Assembly (NCBI GenBank): GCA_964584265.1
Contig: CAZOZI010000004.1
Coordinates: 1,877-65,876, forward strand
From: an uncultured Candidatus Saccharibacteria bacterium
Lineage (GTDB): Bacteria > Patescibacteriota > Saccharimonadia > Saccharimonadales > CAYVSP01
Direction of reading: 5' to 3'
Length of the DNA: 64,000 nt
A model generated the notes under the pieces. That model did not search any database, had not been told where the DNA came from, and was given only the letters and a program-made list of their open reading frames with translations. The translations under genes were made by a program, and so were the position numbers. Below, piece by piece: positions 8,592 through 15,665 of this stretch (the stretch's first letter is position 1; every line of letters begins with the position of its first letter).

Positions 8592-9515
8592 GTGATTACA
8601 CTCACTGGGAGTAATAGTTTTGCTTTGAGACGTGAGCTCAATGGGCTAGTTGATGATTTTGTGCAAAAAAACGGTGATATTGCAATTGAAAGGCTTGATG
8701 GGGAAGAATCTGAGTACGCCCGAATTACCGAAGCACTGCAAAGCCTGCCATTTTTAGCGTCTAAGAAACTAGTCGTTCTACGTTCACCAGGAGCCAATAA
8801 GCAATTTGCTGAAAAGTTTGAGAACATAGTACCGACAATATCCGAAACAACAGATGTAATTATCGTTGAGCCAAAGCTTGATAAGCGTACGCAGTACTAC
8901 AAAACGTTGAAAGCTAAGACCGATTTCAAAGAATTTCGTGAGCTTGACCAGCGGCAATTAGCTAACTGGTTGGTAGACGCGGCCAAAAGTAAAAAAGGAA
9001 GCTTAAGTTTCGGCGATGCTTTATATATTGTTGAGCGAGTAGGATCAGACCAGCAATTTCTATATAACGAACTGCAGAAACTACTCGATTATGATTTAAA
9101 AGTTTCGCGTTCGACGATAGATCTATTAACCGAGCCATCACCGCAAAGTACCATTTTTGAACTGCTCGATGCTGCTTTTGCTGGTAAAACTAAGCGCGCA
9201 ATTTCACTCTATGAAGAACAGCGCAAGCAAAAAGTCGAACCTTTAGCAATTATTGCCATGCTTGCCTGGCAGCTACAAATAATGGCTCTGATTAAAGCGG
9301 CAGGAGATAGGACGGCTGAACAAATTGCTAAAGAGGCAAAAATCAATCCATTTGTGGTACGAAAGAATCAACCGTTAGTCAAACATATGACACTTAGTGA
9401 GCTTGAAAAACTCACTGCGCGCGTGTTGGACATTGATATAAAGCTTAAAACCCAGAGCATTGATGCTGATGATGCGCTGCAGCATTTGCTATTAACAATT
9501 ACTCAAACGGAGTAG
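8592..9515 (+). CDS. holA: DNA polymerase III subunit delta
   Basis: 307 aa with the typical HolA N-terminal layout (ITLTGSNSFALRRELNGLVDDF) and length. GTG start. Confidence 0.75.
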   Translation: MITLTGSNSFALRRELNGLVDDFVQKNGDIAIERLDGEESEYARITEALQSLPFLASKKLVVLRSPGANKQFAEKFENIVPTISETTDVIIVEPKLDKRTQYYKTLKAKTDFKEFRELDQRQLANWLVDAAKSKKGSLSFGDALYIVERVGSDQQFLYNELQKLLDYDLKVSRSTIDLLTEPSPQSTIFELLDAAFAGKTKRAISLYEEQRKQKVEPLAIIAMLAWQLQIMALIKAAGDRTAEQIAKEAKINPFVVRKNQPLVKHMTLSELEKLTARVLDIDIKLKTQSIDADDALQHLLLTITQTE

Positions 9516-9655
9516 TTCTTTTCCAAAGAACACAAATGCTATGTTCCATTTTTGTGTCGACAAAAACGGAACCCAAAAAACGACAGGCAGCTGCCAAACA
9601 TGATTGCCGGTCTACCCAGACTTCAGCCGTGCGCTAAAGGACTCCTTTTAGTCGG
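9513..9655 (+). repeat. composite 3'-flank element, left modules (after holA)
   Basis: Module order: TAG-GTTCTTT-tcc-AAAGAAC hairpin; hairpin GTTCC-A-TTTTTG-tgtcga-CAAAAA-C-GGAAC; box AAAACGACAGGCAGC; box AGCCGTGCGCTAAAGGACTCCTTTTAGTCGG. Collinear with 31352..31489. Confidence 0.65.
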
Positions 9656-9820
9656 CTTTCGACCTTTATATTCAGAATGGCCTAGAGCTATCTTTAGCGC
9701 AACGATTCGGCTTCAGGCTGAAGCCCAGCATTAGTTTGGCAGAGCCTGAGGGTCAGAAATCTCCAGCCCGGTAAATGCTCATGTTTGCATCCGTGGATTA
9801 TTAGTAGATAATTATGATTC

Positions 9821-10342
9821 ATGGCTATTTATTGTACAACTGAGGAAGCTAGAGAATATATTAGCCACGAGCTTCCAGTTGGCCTAGAACTACCACGGAA
9901 TACAAACTTTAACACTGTAAAAAATCACTGCGCAACCGCAGTAATTTTTGCCGCGCTGGGTGAACCAGAACAAACACATAATCTTAGCCAACTTTATAGT
10001 GCATTTGCGATCAGAAGTCCGGGCTGGGCTGATGTAGAGTTTACAAAAAATGATTCTAAACGAATACGCGAGAACATAAGACGACGCAGGGATAGCAGCG
10101 AACAAGATGCAAATCTACGATTAGCTGACGGGCGCGAGGAAAATCAGATTGAGGCGTTCCGATTTATCCTAGCAAATGCGTGGAAGCTCGAAGATGATTT
10201 AGTTGATGTTTATGCAGTTGACGCTCAGGGCACGATAGCCAAGGTAACGACTATGGGTGGCTGGGTTGATCTGGAAGATTTTAATTGGCATTGGATAGCT
10301 GAATCAATTGAATCGGGTATTAAGCGAGAATTTAATTCATAA
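9821..10342 (+). CDS. hypothetical protein carried between the two halves of a composite repeat element
   Basis: 173-aa acidic ORF with no recognisable motif. Flanked by repeat modules 9513..9655 and 10415..10602. Confidence 0.6.
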   Translation: MAIYCTTEEAREYISHELPVGLELPRNTNFNTVKNHCATAVIFAALGEPEQTHNLSQLYSAFAIRSPGWADVEFTKNDSKRIRENIRRRRDSSEQDANLRLADGREENQIEAFRFILANAWKLEDDLVDVYAVDAQGTIAKVTTMGGWVDLEDFNWHWIAESIESGIKREFNS

Positions 10343-10414
10343 AGACTTAATAATAAAGTTCTAGTATCTGTTCCGTAAAATTTCAGGTCCTGCAGATTCT
10401 TTTTTGGGTCTGGG

Positions 10415-10602
10415 CATCTGAGAGAACCTGACTATATATTGTACAAAACAGGCGTTCTTGGGTGCGAGAGTTGTTTGACGAGTAAAAGATCCAGTGAATC
10501 TTTTACGAGGAGTTCTCGAGCAAGCCTGTTTTGAACTAATAAATAGATCAAGTGAACGAAGCAGCCCAGCAGTTTTGAGACACTTTTGCTGTCAAAAGTG
10601 TC
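10415..10602 (+). repeat. composite element, right module (structured, RNA-like)
   Basis: Aligns along its length with 31601..31785. Closing helix AACAGGC/GCCTGTT. Internal hairpin TAAAAGAT-CCAGTGA-ATCTTTTA. Terminal hairpin GACACTTTTG-ctgt-CAAAAGTGTC. Confidence 0.65.
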
Positions 10603-10637
10603 AAAGTATTGCTTCTTGGAAAGAAGAAAAGAATAAG

Positions 10638-11012
10638 TTATTTCTTTGTAGTTTTCTTGGGGGCTTTTTTGACCGCTGATTTAGCGGTTGTCCGCTGGCT
10701 AGCGGATTTAGGTACCGTTTTCTTGACAGTCTTGGTAGCAGTTTTCTGGATTTTAGTACCAGCGGCTTTAGCAGCTGCAGCTAGTTGGCGTTGCTTGCGG
10801 GCGACTTTATTCTTGTGCATGATGCCTTTTTTGCCAGCTAAGCCGAGTGCGCTTTGTGCAGCCGCTTGGGCTTCACCCACTTTTTTACCATCAGTTACAG
10901 AAGTCTGAAACGTTTTGAGCGAACTTTTAAGAACACGCTTGGTCTTTAGATTACGTGCTGCCGCCTTTCGAGCGGTACGAACGCGTTTTTTAGCTGATTT
11001 GATAATAGGCAT
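10638..11012 (-). CDS. rpsT: 30S ribosomal protein S20 with Lys-rich C-terminal extension
   Basis: MPIIKSAKKRVRTARKAAARN N-terminus and IMHKNKVARKQRQL core. About 35 extra K/T/A-rich residues at the C-terminus. Confidence 0.9.
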   Translation of the reverse strand: MPIIKSAKKRVRTARKAAARNLKTKRVLKSSLKTFQTSVTDGKKVGEAQAAAQSALGLAGKKGIMHKNKVARKQRQLAAAAKAAGTKIQKTATKTVKKTVPKSASQRTTAKSAVKKAPKKTTKK

Positions 11013-11152
11013 AAGGAATCTATCCGCTTAACTTAACAACATATATTTAGTCGAGGCTCAACTATACAGGGGTAGAGCCTTTTTGTAAAGTGTATTTACT
11101 ACTTGCGAGATTTATGATACGCTAATGCTTGTCAAACCTATAAAATAAAAAG

Positions 11153-12826
11153 ATGCCACCAGTAGAACCTTCACCTAAGCAACAGATTGCTGAACGACTT
11201 AAAACCGCCAACAATATATTGGTAACGGTGAGTACTAACCCATCCGTTGACCAATTGGCAGCGGCCATTGGTTTTTCATTGCTTCTAAATAAGCTGGGTA
11301 AGCACGGCACGGCAGTTTTTAGTGGCCAGGTACCATCTACATTAGAGTTTTTGCGTCCTGAGCAAACCCTGGAGAAAAATACCGATAGTTTACGCGATTT
11401 TATTGTTGCGCTTGATAAGGCAAAAGCCGACCGTTTGCGTTACAAGGTAGAAGATAGATTTGTTAAAATCTTTATAACGCCGTATAGGACTTCTTTAAGC
11501 GAAAAAGACCTGGAGTTTAGCCAAGGGGATTTCAACGTGGACGTGGTAGTTGCTCTGGGGGTTCATGACCAAAAAGAACTGGATAGCGCCATTACCGCGC
11601 ACGGCCGGATTTTGCACGACGCCACTGTTATTGCTATTAATAAGCAAGACAAAGGTAACATCGGTACCATTAACTGGAATGAGCCCAGAGGCAGTAGCTT
11701 ATGCGAACTGATTATTTCTCTGAGCGAACTATTGGGCGAGAACTTGCTTGATGCCCAAATTGCCACCGCGTTGCTTACAGGCATAGTGGCCGAAACTGAA
11801 CGCTTTAGTAACGACAAAACATCGCCTATTACTATGACTTTTGCCGCCCGACTCATGAGCGCTGGCGCTAATCAACAACTTATTGCCAGTAAGCTTCAAA
11901 AACCAGCTCCACCACCTCCACCACCCATGCCACCGGCTCCCAAGCCTAAAGCGCCCACTCCCAGTAAGCCTAAGACACCACCACCCATGACACCTGCGAA
12001 GCCAGATGACGTCGGTGCTTTGAAGATTGATCATGGGGATGGTCCTAAGCAGTCCACTATGCCACCAGCTGAAGAGGAAAGCACTGAACCCAAAGACCAA
12101 ATTGACATTGATACACAAGGCACACTTCATCGTCTTGATTTGGAGCGGCAGCATCAGGCAGAAGAGCAAAAAGCCAAGGAAGAAGAAAAAGAATCCCGTC
12201 TCATGCTCGAACCGCCTACGCTCAAAAGTAAACTCACGGCTAATAGTGAGCCAGAGGCACTTGACCCAAGCACTGACCCCTTAAGTTTGCCACCGGTGCC
12301 ATCGCCTTTATTGAGTCACACATCAGCGATTCCCCAGGCTAATATGCCTGCCGCGAACAAACCATCAAGCTCTGTACTGGATAGCGCCATTGAAGCAGCA
12401 AAACCACAATCACAAAGTAGTGCCTCCCAACCCACGCAGCCAGACAATCCACCACCACCTGATCCAAACGCGGCTCGTGGAGCTGTTAACGAAGCTTTCC
12501 AATCTGTTCCCGTTGCGTCTCAGCCGTTGGCGCCAATACAAGCGCTTAATGCTCAGCGGGTAGATCTTGGTCCTAAGCAGAACGTTCCCTCAACTCCGGT
12601 GCCTCCTGCGCCAGTTATAAACACACCACCGGCTGCCCCAGCAGATCTGAATCTGCCCCCAAATTTAGTTCCTCCAATATCTAAGTCACCGACAAGTACA
12701 ACAGATAGCACCGGTTTAGCTACACCGCCACCACCAGTTCCACCACCAATGATGCCACCACCATTTGGCAAACCGCCGGACGATGTAGATGATGTGCCTC
12801 CCCAAGAGCCGCTAGCTGCCCTGTAA
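11153..12826 (+). CDS. DHH-like domain protein with long Pro-rich C-terminal region
   Basis: The N-terminal ~240 aa follow the NrnA/DHH layout, but the DHH motif I position reads STNPSVDQLAAA. The C-terminal ~320 aa are Pro/Ala/Ser low complexity. Confidence 0.55.
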   Translation: MPPVEPSPKQQIAERLKTANNILVTVSTNPSVDQLAAAIGFSLLLNKLGKHGTAVFSGQVPSTLEFLRPEQTLEKNTDSLRDFIVALDKAKADRLRYKVEDRFVKIFITPYRTSLSEKDLEFSQGDFNVDVVVALGVHDQKELDSAITAHGRILHDATVIAINKQDKGNIGTINWNEPRGSSLCELIISLSELLGENLLDAQIATALLTGIVAETERFSNDKTSPITMTFAARLMSAGANQQLIASKLQKPAPPPPPPMPPAPKPKAPTPSKPKTPPPMTPAKPDDVGALKIDHGDGPKQSTMPPAEEESTEPKDQIDIDTQGTLHRLDLERQHQAEEQKAKEEEKESRLMLEPPTLKSKLTANSEPEALDPSTDPLSLPPVPSPLLSHTSAIPQANMPAANKPSSSVLDSAIEAAKPQSQSSASQPTQPDNPPPPDPNAARGAVNEAFQSVPVASQPLAPIQALNAQRVDLGPKQNVPSTPVPPAPVINTPPAAPADLNLPPNLVPPISKSPTSTTDSTGLATPPPPVPPPMMPPPFGKPPDDVDDVPPQEPLAAL

Positions 12827-12863
12827 GCGCTTAAGCTTGCCGTTTCATTAACCCATCCGCATA

Positions 12864-14027
12864 ATGGTTTTTGTGAGTGACTATAGAGAGCAGGTGATTG
12901 ATCTTGGCGATGATGCGTCTGAAATGCTTTATAGGGCTAATAAATATACGTGGGCTAATCGTGCCGGTTTATATGGCGAAGTTATTGCCGATGTAGATCA
13001 TTTTCGCGGAATGCGTTTTTGGACAGATGCTCCGCTTTATAACATGCCGGAACACGAAAAACTCGTTAATAGCTTGGAAACTGACGGAATCGGTACGAAG
13101 ATTAAAGTAACTCAGGCGACATCTCGCTACGACACAGGTGCATTTGATTTATTTGCTATGACTATTGATGACGCTGCAATAGGAGGCTATGAACCTGCTG
13201 TGGTCAACACCTATTTAGCCGTAAATCGGTTAAATCCTCATCTTGCCCAATATATGGAGCAGTTGGCTAATGGAATGGTGAATGCGGCCAGAATAGGACG
13301 GGTTGCGGTATTTGGTGGCGAAACCGCTATTCTTGGCAATATGATTGGGGGCCATGGCAATCCAGACCTGCGGTTACTATATGATTGGGCTGCAACGGTG
13401 GTTGCGAAGGGCCACCCCGATAGGTTAGTCAATAATACAGGCATAAAGCCTGGGATGGCCTTGGTGGCATTCAGAGAATTTGCTTTTAGATCGAACGGCT
13501 TGACCAAGGCACAAGAGATAGCCCGCGAACATTTTGGCCAGCGTTGGGCAGACAGATACGTAGAATTTGATGACGGTAGGAAAAAGCTTGGTCACGCCGT
13601 GTTACTTGGTTCTACAATCTATACGTCAGTCTATGTTGACGCGATTGGCGGCATGGATCTGCGTCATAAAGGAAGAGCAGCAATTGAGGGCGCAGTGCAT
13701 ATTACAGGCGGTGGAGTAGCCGGCAAATTAGGCGATATGTTGGCGGTTAATGGTTACGGAGCCGACATAGAAGATCCGATGCCAACACCAGAGGTCGTCA
13801 AGTTGTTACAATCTAAAGCTAAAATTCCAGACCGCGTTGCGTATGGCATGTTTGGCATGGGTCACGGCACGATTAATGCTACGAGCCAGCCGGAAGAATT
13901 AATTAAGGTTGCAGCTGAAAACGGCGTAGAAGCAAAGGTGATAGGCAGTGTTACAAAAGAGACGGGTATAGTTATACGAAGTGCTGGCGCTAGAACACCT
14001 GGTAGAAAACTTAAACTTGCAGCCTAG
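12864..14027 (+). CDS. AIR synthase (PurM)-related protein
   Basis: DGIGTKIKV and FGGETAILGN motifs of the PurM/ThiL/HypE/SelD fold. 387 aa. Confidence 0.65.
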   Translation: MVFVSDYREQVIDLGDDASEMLYRANKYTWANRAGLYGEVIADVDHFRGMRFWTDAPLYNMPEHEKLVNSLETDGIGTKIKVTQATSRYDTGAFDLFAMTIDDAAIGGYEPAVVNTYLAVNRLNPHLAQYMEQLANGMVNAARIGRVAVFGGETAILGNMIGGHGNPDLRLLYDWAATVVAKGHPDRLVNNTGIKPGMALVAFREFAFRSNGLTKAQEIAREHFGQRWADRYVEFDDGRKKLGHAVLLGSTIYTSVYVDAIGGMDLRHKGRAAIEGAVHITGGGVAGKLGDMLAVNGYGADIEDPMPTPEVVKLLQSKAKIPDRVAYGMFGMGHGTINATSQPEELIKVAAENGVEAKVIGSVTKETGIVIRSAGARTPGRKLKLAA

Positions 14028-14702
14028 ATGGACGGGATTCTACTGGTAGATAAGTCTTCGGGCTGGACTTCGTTTGATGTGGTAGCTAAAGTACGCAGCC
14101 TTTTGAAGCAATCAGGAATTGAAAAGCCTAAGGTAGGTCACGCAGGGACTTTAGATCCTCTAGCCAAGGGACTATTGGTGGTATTGGTTGGAAATTACAC
14201 AAAAAGGGCAGGAGAGTTCTCAAAGCTTGATAAAACTTACGAAGTAACCATGAAATTAGGCGTGACTTCTAATACTGGAGATGAAGAGGGAGACAAAACG
14301 GCGGTTTCTAACCGCAAACCTTCAGAAAAAGAACTAAAAACAGTTCTAAAGGGTTTTGAAGGTGAAATTATGCAGACTCCACCACAGTTCTCAGCCATCA
14401 AAATAAACGGCCAGAGAGCCTATAAACTGGCCAGAAAAGGCCAAAAAGTGGAAATAGAACCTAGAAAAGTTACAATTTATAGTCTAGAGATAACAAATTA
14501 TGGTTACCCAGAGGCGAAATTTACAGCTACAGTATCATCTGGCACATATATTCGATCATTAGTAGAAGATATAGGAAAAAAACTTGGCACTGGCGCCTAT
14601 ATGTCAGGTCTAAACCGAACTAGAGTAGGCAAATTTACACTTAGAGAGGCACGTAGTATCGATGACCTAAAAGAATATTTGAACAAGGTATTGCTAAATT
14701 AA
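14028..14702 (+). CDS. truB: tRNA pseudouridine(55) synthase
   Basis: GILLVDKSSGWTSFDVV and catalytic GHAGTLDPLAKGLL motif. Confidence 0.9.
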   Translation: MDGILLVDKSSGWTSFDVVAKVRSLLKQSGIEKPKVGHAGTLDPLAKGLLVVLVGNYTKRAGEFSKLDKTYEVTMKLGVTSNTGDEEGDKTAVSNRKPSEKELKTVLKGFEGEIMQTPPQFSAIKINGQRAYKLARKGQKVEIEPRKVTIYSLEITNYGYPEAKFTATVSSGTYIRSLVEDIGKKLGTGAYMSGLNRTRVGKFTLREARSIDDLKEYLNKVLLN

Positions 14703-14726
14703 AAAGCTTATGCTATAATACATAGT

Positions 14727-15146
14727 ATGAACGCAGAAACACAAACAAACCGTGCAGCTACATCCCCTACTGTTTTGAGTCATAGTGAAGCCGATAGAAT
14801 ACTTGGTGAAGTTGAAGATACTAATAAAGCGCTGAAAAACGCTAAGATGCAAGTCTTAGGAGAAACAGCTGCTACATCTGGCATTTTAAGCAAGGATGAA
14901 GCTGAGAGAATACTTGGCAAGGTTGAAGATACTAATAAAACGTTCAAAGATTCTAGAACTCAAATTTTAGAAGAAATTCCTAATCCAGATACAGCTGGCT
15001 TGCACAAGGTAGCAAAACCTGACCATCAAATTGCAGCTAATGCTCAACCAGCCGAATTAGCTAACCCAGATATGCTAGTAGTTGATCCAGTCGATACATA
15101 CATTCGTCACGGCAATGACCGCGAACCCGTAGGTGCAGTAAAATAA
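14727..15146 (+). CDS. hypothetical protein with internal tandem repeat
   Basis: Two ~38-aa repeats (SEADRILGEVEDTNKALKNAKMQVLGE / DEAERILGKVEDTNKTFKDSRTQILEE). TGCTATAAT -10 box 14714..14719 lies 7 nt before the ATG. Confidence 0.6.
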   Translation: MNAETQTNRAATSPTVLSHSEADRILGEVEDTNKALKNAKMQVLGETAATSGILSKDEAERILGKVEDTNKTFKDSRTQILEEIPNPDTAGLHKVAKPDHQIAANAQPAELANPDMLVVDPVDTYIRHGNDREPVGAVK

Positions 15147-15190
15147 CTCTTGTATAACAGATAAGGCTGTGCTAATATATTGCTCAGCGT

Positions 15191-15454
15191 ATGGTAACTT
15201 CGGATAAAAAAGTCAAAGCTGCTCCTAAAAAGGCAGCTAAAGTAGATACGGGCAGTACCAGTTTTCAAATTACTCATTTAACTGAGCACATAAAGGATTT
15301 AACTGGCCACCTTAAGGTGAATCCCAAGGATTTTGCAGCCCGACGAGGACTATTGCAGATGGTTGGACATCGCAAGCGTTTACTTAATTATTTAGCTAGC
15401 AAAGATAGCAAACAATACCTTACGCTCAAAGAAAAGCTAGGCATTCGCCGTTGA
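15191..15454 (+). CDS. rpsO: 30S ribosomal protein S15
   Basis: [39 protein letters not shown] is the S15 signature region. Followed by pnp, as in most bacteria. Confidence 0.93.
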   Translation: MVTSDKKVKAAPKKAAKVDTGSTSFQITHLTEHIKDLTGHLKVNPKDFAARRGLLQMVGHRKRLLNYLASKDSKQYLTLKEKLGIRR

Positions 15455-15458
15455 CCCC

Positions 15459-15565
15459 CTAGTTTTGTACATTTCGTTGTTGGAACTTTCGCTCCGCGCT
15501 CACCGTACCAGTTGAGTACGGCTCGCTTGCGGTGCTCGTTCCGCCTAGAACTGTACTAAAACCAG
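15459..15565. repeat. P1 palindromic element, intergenic copy (rpsO-pnp)
   Basis: ~107-nt imperfect palindrome (CTAGTTTTGTACA...TGTACTAAAACCAG) with core GCTCAC-CGTAC-N7-GTACG-GCTCGCT. Begins 5 nt after the rpsO stop. Confidence 0.75.
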
Positions 15566-15665
15566 AGAGTCAATCTCTAAGTTAACAATTTATACGATTC
15601 GGGAGTAGGACATTAGTCCGCTGGGTATGCGGATTGAATCTTGCGCCCGAACAGAAAGGAATTTG

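Noticed and set aside
9552-9734. 60-aa ORF in the holA downstream spacer
   Set aside because: It lies entirely within hairpin and repeat modules that recur in non-coding contexts at 31.4 kb. It has no Shine-Dalgarno site, its TTG-type start is implausible, and its composition is odd. I treat it as non-coding.
10494-10908. ORFs of 61 aa and 99 aa on the plus strand
   Set aside because: The first lies in the structured right module. The second is antisense to the well-supported rpsT gene and is an Ala/Leu-rich mirror of its Lys/Ala-rich codons.
11729-12771. Antisense ORFs of 146 aa and 72 aa opposite the Pro-rich region
   Set aside because: They are Gly/Trp-rich mirror translations of CCN-rich coding sequence, a typical artefact of low-complexity regions.
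15459-15565. The rpsO-pnp hairpin as nothing more than the classical terminator and RNase III site
   Set aside because: It may well serve that role. However, its ordered sequence similarity to 26308..26426 and to segments inside polA and rpsF shows it belongs to a dispersed family, so I do not treat it as a locus-specific regulatory hairpin only.
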